64,000 nucleotides of DNA from Octopus sinensis (Eukaryota): positions 141,422,001 through 141,486,000 of the forward strand of contig NC_042998.1 of assembly GCF_006345805.1 (NCBI RefSeq), in the 5' to 3' direction. How positions within the stretch are numbered: position 1 is the stretch's first letter; each line of letters starts with the position of its first letter. Shown here one piece after another: positions 40,285 through 51,665 of the stretch. Under the pieces are notes generated by a model. The model made no database searches, was not told where the DNA came from, and saw only the letters and a list, made by a program, of their open reading frames with translations. A program made the position numbers and the translations under genes.

Positions 40285-42237
40285 TTTATGAAAAACCCAC
40301 ATCCCAGATTTCCCTGTCTATATTCATATCAACCCACCAAGCACATGTCTGTCTCTTTTAAAACAGTGATTATATTGCTGCTGCTGCTGCTAGTATTGCT
40401 ACTGCTGCTGGCGTTGCCGCTGCTACTGTTGTTGCTGCTGCTGCTGCTACTATTAATTCTTTAACTGTTGTTGTTGGTGTTGTCTTCCACCACCACCACT
40501 ACTATCAACTACCATCGTTGCTGATGTCGAAGACCACATCGGCTATGCTATGTTAACAAAGCTTAAATGACAGTATCTATATTACAGTAAACTACATGCG
40601 CTGGAGCTTGTCCTTTTAATTGCAGACTTTTCTACACCGTAAATTCGCAAGAGATTAATCCAACGATGACTAGAACAAGATCGCTGGAAATAAATAAACA
40701 GACGTTATGATAAATAAATGCTGGATGCTATTTAGGAAGGTTATGCACTCTATGAAGAAAAAGAAATCACAAACGGTCTAAACCCCTTCCCCCCATGAAA
40801 ACATTCTAAATAGTTTATCCTCACCATACGAAATTCGCATCAATTAGAAGACACAAACATATCTACGTATATATAGATAGATATATACTTGTCTGTGTTT
40901 GTACCCCCCCCCTCGTTGACAACCAGTTTTGGTGTGTTTACGTCCCCGTAACTTAGCGGTTCGGCAAAGAAGAGCAATAGACAAAGTACTAGGCTTCAAA
41001 AAAAAAATGTCTTGGGGTCGATTTGTTCGACTAAAACCTTGAAGGTAGTGCTCCAGCATGGTCGCAGTCTAATGACTGAAACAAGTAAAAGAATATCTAT
41101 TTATATCTATCTATACATACAGAGGAAAGGAAATAGTGATGCTGAGAAAGTGGGACGCACACACGTGTGTGTATGTGTCCCACTTTCTCGCACACCTTTG
41201 TACAGTGTTATCACTATCATTAGCATTGCTTTCAATCATTTATCCCTTTCATTATCATCAGTTAACCATCATCATCAACATGAACATAATAAAACAATCA
41301 AAGGTGTACATACATGTGTATGAGTGTGTAAATGTTTTTATGTGGAGTTATAAAAACAATTTAATATACAACTATATATATATAACTACCATATTGAATA
41401 GTAAATATATAAAAAAAAATACTTCAGAGTAAATAAGAGCATGTAGGTACAGTCACGTGTTCTTTCTTTCTAAAGAGTAAGAGAGAGAGAGAGAAGGGAG
41501 AACCACACATACCCTCTCTCTCTCTCTCTCTCTTTGTCGCTCACGCATTTACTGATTGTCTGGGGATAAAGAAGAGCGAAATGGCTGGAGAATGATTATG
41601 CTGAAGATGAACTTACCAACTGGACAGTAAAGAGACCACAATAAAGACTAATCATTCTCCGTCCCTTCCTGCTCTCCATCCCCCCACCTCCACCCATCTC
41701 CACACCCACGCCACCTCTACTTGTCTTTGAATGCCAATCCCACCTTGTCCACTAAAGCTACAGATATTCCCCTCCTTCCACTCCCACACTTTATAACTTT
41801 AGTATCGTCTTCGTCGTCGTCACCATCACCGCCGCCGCCGCCACCACCACCACCATCATCATCATCATCAGCCGCTCAACCGATCTCCCCCATCCCTTTG
41901 CACTGGTAGTCCAATATCTTTTGAACTCTTCCAACATTGGACCTCGAGGCAGTCAGTCAGTCAAGTCAGTGAGTGAGTGAGCACAGCCTGACTAACCAGT
42001 GTTTATTTAGCTCTAAAGCAAATAGGCAGAAATAGCCAGCTGCCTGCCTGTCTATCTACCTACCTACCAACCAACCTACCTACCTACCTACCAACTTACC
42101 TACTCGCCCCACCTACATACATACCTACCTACGCTTCCTTTACACAATTGATAGGCATACACTACAACAACAATAATAATAATAACTGGACTCCTCCTCC
42201 TCCTGCACGCTGGCCTGGACAGAAAATTGATCAGACA

Positions 42238-42251
42238 GTTGTCATGGCAAC
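42238..42251. promoter_or_regulatory. RFX X-box-like palindrome GTTGTCATGGCAAC
   Basis: One mismatch to the GTTGCCATGGCAAC palindrome, in unique sequence upstream of a minus-strand donor (TTG|gtaagt near 41617). Confidence 0.45.
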
Positions 42252-42732
42252 CAGACGTTGGATGGGGCAAGGTAGGGGATGGGAAAGAGAGAGAGAGAGG
42301 AAGGGAGAGAGGCATTCTTAGGCAGCTGAGCTTTTTAAAAAGCACAGCATTGTTGTGCTGGGTGAGGAAGGATCAAGGATGATTTGAAATGAAAAGAGAA
42401 GCCTGCATGCGGTTGCCAATGCAATAAAAAAGCATATAGAGTTACACACCTACTAAGGGAGACCTACCAAGCACTCAGAAGCCAGTATTTCTTTTCTTTT
42501 TCTAGGTACGCACAGGAATAGTTTGATCACGCGCAGTCGATCATCCTTCAAATCGTACTATACCATCTTCAAAAAGGAAAGGCACATTGGATAATATAGT
42601 CCCTAATATAAAAGCCTACGTAATGGCTGTGGTACGGCGAAGTTTTCTTCTTTTTTTGACCGCGCTGTGTGGTAACCAAATTGTGCATATGGAGAGACAA
42701 CACGACTGAGGTCTTTAAAATGTTTCAGTTGA

Positions 42733-43175
42733 GGGATCTTTCCTGTTTGGCTGTCACTTTTCAATTTTTTCAATTTTTGATCCAATTGATTTCATATTTG
42801 GTGTATTGATATAGTTTTGTAAAGAAATCATTGACATGAAATTCATTTTCGCCATAAATCAATAAATAAAGAATTAATAACTTTTAAAGTTTGCAAATTT
42901 TGGGTAATTTTAGCCAATCGAAAGCCACAGACACGTAGGTGCCTGTTTCAATAGTAACAAGCCAAGCTGTTACCAAGCTGTTTACCCATGTGGTCATTTT
43001 TTATTTATTAATTGCTTAAAACACATGTGGTATGAGGTGTTCGTGATATATGCTTAAAATAATAGCTAAATAGGCCTTAAATCACGCACCAAATTTTTTT
43101 GTGTTTGGTTTTTGCATAATCGTGTGAATTCCCGTGAGAATACAAATTGGCAAAATTTTTCTGAAAATTCTAAAA

Positions 43176-43211
<36 letters not shown>

Positions 43212-43472
43212 TTATGAGGGGTTATATGGCACGCGTAAAAAAAATTCCGCCAATATTTCATTTATTTACAGTTGACAACACGTGCAGTCACTCACAAAAT
43301 GACAGCTTCCAGATCCTGTTTTCTGACAGGGTAAAAATGAAACCTCTAACTTTTTAAAAGGGTTTTTTTTTTCTGGAAAAAGTAAATTAGCCGATGAGAT
43401 TCGGCGTGGAAAATTACACCAATATACCAAATTTTAAAATTCCCCCAGGTGCAGCCAAACAGAAAAGATCCC
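42733..43472. mobile_element. Non-autonomous DNA transposon (~740 bp) with 21-bp TIRs, superfamily unassigned
   Basis: gggatctttcctgtttggctg / cagccaaacagaaaagatccc; possible 6-bp TSD agttga/aggtga. Confidence 0.8.
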
Positions 43473-44159
43473 AGGTGAGTTGAGTAACAGGAATGGTCTT
43501 GATCCAACAAACCTAACAAATGAGAGATTCTAAATCATACGCTCGCTGTCCTGTCACGAACAGCAGTTGATTATCTTTAAAATAGCACAATATCACCTTC
43601 AAAATTAAAGGTACATTGGATAATGTAACCTTTGATATAAAAAGCAAAGGCGTGGCGAGGGTTTGGGCTGCCCTATGCAGTAGCCAATTCGAGTGTTCTT
43701 TAAACGCAGCATACTTCGATTACAGCAATTGCCCCTCTCCATTCCAAAGTGGCCACCCAGCCGAATCAATAGACTACCAAGCACATCCAAAGTTATACCG
43801 CCGTATGATGGTCAGGATGGGATGTTTTCGATAATAGTTCTGCTCAGTCATAGCTGTCTTGGGGATAAACAACAGCAGATTGTTCCAACAAACTTAATGG
43901 GTGATTTGGCCCTTTTCCCATACTTCAATGCAATATTATTTGTTGGATACAAAACTTCAGGTTAATAACGGACTTCGAAGGAAACGATACTTATGCCTTT
44001 AGTAAAAGACATTGGCAACAAAACTGAAGTGAGACAACTCCATTCCGTACAGAATCGCAACCAGAATTAATGGAAACAGTGGACATAAAAGAATTTCATT
44101 TGGAAATTTAAAAGTTCAAAATATTTCTATAACTGTTGAAGCTGTGTTCCTAAAAAAAT

Positions 44160-44380
44160 GGTTTCCAAATTAGACATGAGTTCAAGAATTTTAAGTGGAA
44201 GAGGGATTAGTTAATACAATTGATCCCGATACCCCACTGGTACTTTTATTTTATAGAATCCACAAGGATGAATGACAAACTTGACCTGGGTGGGATTTGA
44301 AACCAGAACGTAAAATGTCGGAATAAATACTGCATGACATTTTGTCCGACGCTCTAACGATCCTGCCAGAGCTTACCGCC
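44160..44380 (-). mobile_element. GGCGGCGAG-head SINE
   Basis: ctggtact..ggatgaatgacaaacttgacc..ctaacgatcctgccag..ccgcc. Confidence 0.75.
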
Positions 44381-44500
44381 CTGTCGTGCTTTTAAAAGTA
44401 AAAACGATTTGGGGTTAGTTCTTATCTTGAATTCGAAACTGTTGCTCCAGTTAGCACTGAGATATCTGTGAACAAAGAAAGGCTTGAGACGGTACCAAAA

Positions 44501-44694
44501 TACCATATTTCCCGGCATGAGTGACGCACTTCTTCCTCACTCTCAAAGAGAGAGAGAGGGGGGGGAATCACCCCGGGTCCTATATAAAAAGTTGTGTCAA
44601 TGTGACATGCTTTAATGTACTACAAACTATTTTCCTTGAACATGCACTGTTGAAATTGGAGTGCGTCTAACATGCCCGTACATCAAATACGGTA
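44501..44694. mobile_element. pogo/mariner-type MITE with TA TSD
   Basis: TA-ccatattt / aaatacgg-TA ends, plus subterminal gcatg..gacgcact / agtgcgtc..catgc. Confidence 0.75.
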
Positions 44695-45220
44695 CTTTAA
44701 AAAGAAATTAGTACCTTGCTCCAGTTTTAATGACTATTTAAGAGTATATACCTAGTATCTTATTCAATACCTGTAAAAGTTTGATAGATTTAAAAAAAAC
44801 AAAAGTGACTCGGGAGCGAGTATAGATAGTTGCTTTCGGTACCTATATAGTCGTGAGCAGACACAGACACCCTCTCCATATGCTCGACGTTGACTCAGTG
44901 AAACGCGGAAAGAGGTTGATACTCCCTACAGCTATGTAGACTGGAGCAACGTGAAATAACATGCCTTGCTCAAGGACATAGTCCACTGCTCAGTTCAGGA
45001 ATTGGACTCTCGATCTTATACGATCATGAGCCGAACACTCTCATCGTTTGGCCACGCGCCTTTAACTGAAGTAGAATTACATACCTTGTCTAACAAATAC
45101 GGCAAGATTGGTACAAGATTTGAAACCAAGACTTACATAGTTGACTGTCTAATAAAAACCCACGTCCGTTTGGCTATTTTGTTCATATATTTCAAATGGA
45201 TAACAATAGAATGGATATCT

Positions 45221-45612
45221 AGGCACAGGCGTGGCTGTGTGGTAAGAAATGTATTTCCCAACTACATGGTTCCACGTTCAGTCCCAATGCGTGGCACCTT
45301 GGGCAAATGTCTTCTACTATAGCTCCGGGCCGACCAAAGCCTTGTGAGTGGCTTTGTTAGACGGAAACTAAAATGAAACCCGTTGTATATATATATTGTG
45401 TGTTTGTATGTGCCTCCAGTTCCGCTTGACAACCAGTGTTGGTGTGTTTACGTCCCTGAAACTTAGCAGTTAAGCAAGTGGGAGTGATAGAATAGGTACT
45501 AGGCTTAACAAAAAAAATAAGTACTGGAGTCGATTCATTCGACTGGAAATTCTTCAAGGTGGTGCCTTAGCATGGCCACAGTCTAATGACTGAAACAAGA
45601 AAAAGATAAAAG
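45221..45612 (+). mobile_element. Young full-length ggcgtggctgtgtgg-head SINE
   Basis: A/B-box-like head, ttgggcaaatgtcttctactatag core, tail ..catggccacagtctaatgactgaaacaagaaaaaga. Confidence 0.9.
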
Positions 45613-46943
45613 ATCTTCAGTACGTAAAACGAAATAATTTATTTTAAATCGATACTTAAAAACCTTCACTAATTCATATATAACATAAATATTCAGACGT
45701 TTCATGAAATGGATGTACATCACCGTCAATGAGAAAAAAAGAAAGAAAAGAAAAGAAAGAAAATATCAAATGCAATTAAAAAAAAGTAATAATATCGCAA
45801 GTGATGAATTTTGCTCTACTTTCCCCTCCATCTTCCTTTGCAATGAAGTGTGTGTGTGTTAAAACAGCCATCCACTGCAGCTGTCAATGCACACACATAC
45901 ACACAGAGTCTATGAATACAGAATTGATTGCAATTTAGAAGAGATACAACGAATGAAACGGAGCTGACACATGGATGTTACACAGTGAAGAGGACACAAG
46001 ATGAATAGACAATCGAGTGAAATGGTTTCACTAATGCAATTGAGTGGACAATAAGTGTATGTGTGAGGAATTAGGTAACAACGACATGACTTAACTCTTC
46101 ACAACGACAAATAATTAAATAATTATATCATTTTTGCAGCGACCACCAACGACAAGATGTTAATACCACAATTAAAATTATGTTTAAATCAGACGACTGT
46201 CTTTGAAATTGAAGACGTGAGCTATACTTTAAAAGGTAAGGATGGTGTTTCTGGGTGGATAAATGTTATGGATTTCAAACACAAACTACTTTTCCATCGT
46301 ATTGTGGCGAGACAATCGCTTATCCGTCGAGAACAGGTACTAAATCTTTCAAGAGTGTTACCTGCAAACGTGTTTTATGGTAGCCCCTTAATGTCACAAG
46401 TCATCAACTTACTTCTAAAGCTGAGAACCAATTCGCCTATGTTGACAATGCTCTTAGGAAGTGGTCAGGTTTTATAAACATTCACCTTCATTTATCACAT
46501 CAATGTCAAGTTTCTTTTCAATAATCTATACACACATTTTGTGTGTGTGCGTAGAAATGCAATAGTGGTCAATTAAACCGGATATCAATTCAATCAGAAC
46601 AATTCTATGTCACACAATTCTATGTACACCTAGGCTACGTCAGGTGTTCTGCCGCCATGTGTCTATGTATTCTTTACAGGAAAGAAATTAACAGTGACTT
46701 TGAGATTTTAGCTGTTATCTGTCTATCTAATCTCTTCGATATTATTTATTCACAACCATCGGAACGCGAAGCGCTCCTCACAAACAGAAGTTCGTGAGAT
46801 GGCTGTGATCTGTAAACAGTTTTGAGTAGGAACCGGAAAGAGAAAAATGAAAACGTAATGCGCATGTGCATACCGGATACATAAAACGGAAGATAATAAA
46901 AACGCAATGCACATGTCAAACAAGTTATATGATGGTCTGTAAA

Positions 46944-46974
46944 GGCGGCGAGCTGGCAGAAACGTTAGCACGCC
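46944..46974 (+). mobile_element. 5' piece of a GGCGGCGAG-head SINE, split by the 2.2-kb insertion
   Basis: ggcggcgagctggcagaaacgttagcacgcc; the SINE continues at 49193. Confidence 0.9.
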
Positions 46975-49175
46975 TCCGCTGTTTTTCAAGTTGTACGTGA
47001 GGCAGTTTGACGTTATTTTTCACGGTGTTAACATAATTTATTTTGTGTCTGTGTTTTAAACACTTTGTTAATTGTTTTTGTGCTGCTTTGTAGCAATTTG
47101 TTTGTGCTTTCTCTCCTATTTTGGGGAGAGTTAGCTACGGAGAAAAAGAAGCCTGTTTTTTCAGACCTTGGTGGGTCTAAACTATCGTTGTCAGAAGAAC
47201 TGCTTAGAGCAATAGGAAAAATGGATGAAATAATTAAGAAAGATGAAAAAAAGAAAAGCTTCACGAAAGTGACAAAACAGGAGGAAGAGGAGATTGACAT
47301 CAAGAAAATCAGTAATTTTAAAAATCTGACCTGTAGAGAGGGGTACAATGTGGAGTTGTCCCCTCCAAAGGAAATGTTGGAGGGTGTCAGAGAGAGTAGT
47401 TGCATGCAGGACATTCTCAGCGAAGGCAAGTAGGATTGAAAACGTAAAAACGGCTCAAATAGAAAAGGTACTAAGGCCCATGTGGTGGGATATTATCTTT
47501 GTAAGGTGCAGTGGAGGTGAGGTTCGCAAGGAAGCGGGCGGTGGGGACAGTAGAGGACGGGGTAGTGGTGTTGTTGCCCACTTGTATGGGCAGAAGGGCA
47601 ACTGGGATTGGAGTTGAAGGTATTCCACCGAAGTGGACGTGGCCTGGGTGGCGGCCGCGGTCCTCGAGGGAGGTGAGGACGATGTAGCGGTGCTCCAGGC
47701 CGCGGGATGTGGAGGGGAGAGACACTCGAGATGGCGGTGCAGGCATCGGCGAAAGCCTTGGAGGAGATAGCAGAGATAGTCTTGTTTGATGAGGCAGAGA
47801 TGTGGGGGAGGAAAACAATTACATACAAAACATTTTCAACGAAAGCGGGCAGAATTGAGAATGTAAACTCAAGTCAAATAGAAAAAGTGTTGGGCGGTGA
47901 AGGACAGTTCACTCTAATGGTTAAGTAGTTAGACTTAAGCCAAGTATGAAATTATTATTATGACAAAAAACAAAAAGCAAGCAAGACAAAACAGTCATTT
48001 ATCTAGTAAACCCACTTGTCGTAGAATCTATAATAGATTTTCCAGATTGTGGCACGACATAGCCTTTATAAAGAGAGGAATGAGATTTGGTACAGTAGAG
48101 GTGAGGTTCACGAAAGAACAAAATGTAAAGAAACAGGCAGCGAAGGCAATAAAGGATGAAGAAGTGGTGTTGTTGCCCACTTATATGGACAGACGGGCAA
48201 CAAGGATTAAAGTCGAAGGTATTCCATCCGAAATACACGTGGCCTGGGTAGCGGCCGCAGTCCTTAAAGGAAATGAGGAGGATATAGCAGTGCTCCAGGT
48301 CACGGGAACCAGATGTGAAATGTGGAAAGGAAAGACACTTGAGATGACGGTACAAGCATCAAGGGAAATCTTAGAAAATATAGCAGAAATAATCTCGTTT
48401 GATGAAACGGAAAAGAGGTTCAAGGTGGATGGCAGAGTCCCTAGATGTTATGTGGTCTAAAGGGCCACATTAGAGTGAACTGACCTTCACCGCCAGAAAA
48501 AAAAGTAGAAGAACGGACAAAGAAAACGGAGGAACATGCAGAGATGATAGAAAAAGAAGAGAAAAAAGTACCAGAGGAAGAAACATGGAAAGTGGCAGGC
48601 GGGGGAAACCGAAGAAAGCAAGTGATTTGAACTTTAAATCCCAACCCACACCCACCCTTCCCCACAGACACCGAGACTAACCATTCCTCTCCGACACGAA
48701 AACAAAAAAAGAAACACACACACTAGAACTCTCAAACTCCCCCTCCCAGACAAAAAAGAAATGTGTAGTAGTGATGATTGATGATTCGAACGAGAACTAC
48801 CGGAATGGGACGATTTTAAGGCAGTGGAAAATTCATGAGTTTGACAATGTCAAGAGGTGACACCGTTGTGTGTTACCGACGGAGGAACAGATGGAGAGTG
48901 TTGAAACAAAAGTGGATATGGGTCGTAGGAGGTGAAGTTGAACAGAAAGGAACTACCGGAAGTTTTGACTTTCGGGATAGACATACTAGAAGGAACGGGG
49001 TATAAAAGGTGGTAAAGGGTAGAAATGGGGTCGCTCGGAGATGGGGCTGAGTGGTCCCATTCAATTTTCTCGTTTTCATATTTATCATTCATCTTTGTCA
49101 TACATTTGTTTTTTTTTATTCGTTTTGTGTCCCCACATGTGATGTGTTGTCCCGTTGGTGGGCAATAATGTATTA
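46975..49175 (+). mobile_element. ORF1-only (HAL1-like) L1/Tx1-type non-autonomous retroelement with 17-bp TSD
   Basis: TSD agaaacgttagcacgcc (46958-46974) / agaaatgttagcacgcc (49176-49192); broken ORF1 with K/E-rich N-terminus, RRM-like region (GTVEVRF..LLPTYM..RIKVEGIP) and CCHC knuckle C(Y)xCGLKGHIRVN(C) at ~48446-48483; no RT or endonuclease seen. Confidence 0.85.
47131..49015 (+). pseudogene. Disrupted, internally duplicated gag-like ORF1
   Basis: ORF-track pieces 47065-47433, 47348-47617, 47707-47928 and 47960-48460 are homologous or consecutive parts; frameshifts and a TGA at the last knuckle Cys. Confidence 0.75.
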
Positions 49176-49428
49176 AGAAATGTTAGCACGCCGGGCGAAA
49201 TGCTTAGCGGTATTTCGTCTGCCGCTACGTTCTGAGTTCAAATTCCGCCGAGGTTGACTTTGCCTTTCATCCTTTCGGGGTCGATTAAATAAGTACCAGT
49301 TACGCACTGGGGTCGATATAATCGACTTAATCCGTTTGTCTGTCCTTGTTTGTCCTCTCTGTGTTTAGCCCCTTGAGTGTAGTAAAGAAATAGGTATTTC
49401 GTCTGTCTTTACGTTCTGTGTTCAAATT
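49176..49428 (+). mobile_element. Remainder of the interrupted SINE with an alternative 3' tail, followed by a second partial SINE head
   Basis: gggcgaaatgcttagcggtatttcgtctgcc..gtcgatataatcgacttaatccgtttgtc..gtaaagaaata then ggtatttcgtctgtctttacgttctgtgttcaaattc. Confidence 0.9.
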
Positions 49429-49429
49429 C

Positions 49430-50229
49430 GTATATGTATCTCTCTCACGCATGCTGCTCCCTTCTCTCTTGATATGACCGACGTATTGCAATATCAAGAG
49501 CGTCTGTCTAGCTCTGTGTAAATTATTTACATGCCTGTTTGACCGTTTCACGTGACTTTATTCATTGAAACTTCTTGCAAATTCCGTCGTTGTAATGTTT
49601 TGCTTTCCTTTTGTTTCAAACTTCCTCGTAGTAAATGTTTTTGCTTTCATTTTGTGATGGACAGCTATCACGCAAAAAATGCTAGTTTCCAAATCTTTGT
49701 TTTCTGATTGAGTAAAAATGATCAAACTTTAAACCTCTGTAATATTTTTCTAAACTTTTCTGGAATAAATGAATCACAAAATCGGATTTAGCGTGAAAAA
49801 TTACATTAATATAGAAAATTTGAAAATGTTCATTTAATTTTAAAATTTTCAAAATCTGTGACAATAACGCTTTTCTCATTGTAAACTTTCCTTTTCTCTC
49901 TATTTACCACACTCTCTCTCAATCTTCCTCTGTATATGTATGTCGCTCATGCTGAGTGTGTGTGAGGAATTGCATTAGGGCGATAGTAGAAACAGCTTCG
50001 CAAAGCAGCAGCTGCGTATTAAGAAAAATCTTTACATTTATGCGCACCAAATAGAAAAACAAAAACTTTGTTTATCGAGACACAGATTAGCCCCAGATAA
50101 TGTAAAGATCCCTCCCGATGAAGAAGCCTATCCATCGCAGAAGACATGTTTAACATGGAATAAGCGAAATATTGAAATAAAGGCATTCTATTTTGAAAAT
50201 TATCTGGCAACGACGGGCTACTCGGCTAG
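49430..50229 (+). mobile_element. Non-autonomous Helitron-like element (3' end supported, 5' end approximate)
   Basis: Ends gcaacgacgggctactcggCTAG|T, a subterminal hairpin plus CTAG before T. Confidence 0.55.
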
Positions 50230-51623
50230 TATTGTATAACATACATTAAACTGCGTATGGAGCAACACCATTGCGCTATTACATATAGCAGGTTATTGAA
50301 ATACAAATACAGAAATTAATATACGTACTTGAAACAGCCTTAGATTAAAATACCAGTGTGCTTAACATTTAACGTACATGCAAATGTACAACGGCACTAG
50401 CTATGATATTTCGTTTCAAAGAAGCCCTCAGAGTGATTTGGAACACCTACACAAATGTGCCATTCCACTCAACTTAAAAGAAAATTGGTGGATGCACACA
50501 CATGTATACTATATCTACAAAATGAAACTTGAAATTTTAAAAACAAAACAAAGATGTGAGTCAATTTGTATGTGTTCGCACCCTTCTTTTTTTCTTTTTC
50601 TTCACATTAAATTCCGATATAATCGCAATCTATACTATCTGAAAGGTAATTGTAGAAAATTTCATTTAGAAATACCCTTTGTTTCTTCGTTGCTTTCAGA
50701 AAGAAAGAAAGAAAAAAAAAGTCGACTCGTGTGAATTATTCTAAATTCCTCTCTCTATGCCCCCGAAAAAAATTTCCACAAAAATTCCGATATAATCGGA
50801 ATCTACACCTTTCGTAAGATATTTGTAGAAAATTTCATTAGCAAAATTTCCATTTATCTTAAGTTATGAGGACGTGTGTGTGTGTGTGTGGGGGGGGGGC
50901 AGTATGCCGAGACTTGTGCGTTAAAAGTCAAAACCGCTGGATGTTCCTCTAAGACAGTATTATAGCTAGAGCTGTTCAACGTTAATTTTATGTTTTTTTT
51001 TTGTTTCAGTCATTGGACTTCGACCATGCTGGGGCATCGCCTTTAAGAGTTTTAGTCGAACAAATCGACTCCAGTACTTAGGCTTTTTGAAGTCTGATAT
51101 CTTATTCTGCAAATCAACGCCGGTTGTCAAGCGGTAGTGTGATGGATAACAAGCACATATAAAATCAGATTTGAATACGAGTAGGATTTCCCATATAATA
51201 ACTTATAGCAATATAGTACTCAATCTTTACCTTCCCAAAACACACGGGTTAAATTCTCTAAATAGAAATCAAATAACATCAACAACAATCAAACCCTAGT
51301 TAGACATCTCATGACCAAACATTTTCCTTTCCTTATATGCTTTCAGATCACTAAAACATAACAATAACCAAATTTCTTTACTAGCAATCTCATACTCTGA
51401 ATCTGGTAAACCTAAACTAGACACACCTGACAACAAAGTTTTATACACTTGACTGAACTCTGAAAAATATCATAGCTTCAACTCTAAACAATAAAACCTT
51501 GTATAATAGCTTTCCATAAGCACTCACCCTACACACATACATGTTCTCTACCTACCCCTGTCATCCTTCCTATACAGCTCTTTGCAGAGACTATATAAAG
51601 CCAAGATAAACCGAAATTTATCA

Positions 51624-51665
51624 CAGTCTGACGAAGGCAGGCGGGTCGAAACTTGGAAGTCGCTG
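51624..51665 (+). ncRNA. Minimal type I hammerhead motif in a Penelope-like pLTR (~51165-51760)
   Basis: cagt-CTGACGA-aggcaggcgggtc-GAAAC-ttggaa-GTC-gctg; TATA-like tatataaa about 30 bp upstream. Confidence 0.75.

Noticed and set aside
43616-44110. Overlapping ORFs and a faint NSIPYRIATRI resemblance to Penelope RT
   Set aside because: Part overlaps a SINE-type tail; the similarity is too short to support.
46157-46477. 106-aa ORF
   Set aside because: No recognisable motif or consistent splice signals.
48046-48420. APOBEC-like G-to-A hypermutation of copy 2 as the explanation of the A/G asymmetry
   Set aside because: Disfavoured, not excluded: copy 2 keeps its TGG codons and an open frame, and the context bias fits ADAR acting on copy 1. 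It needs a consensus to settle.
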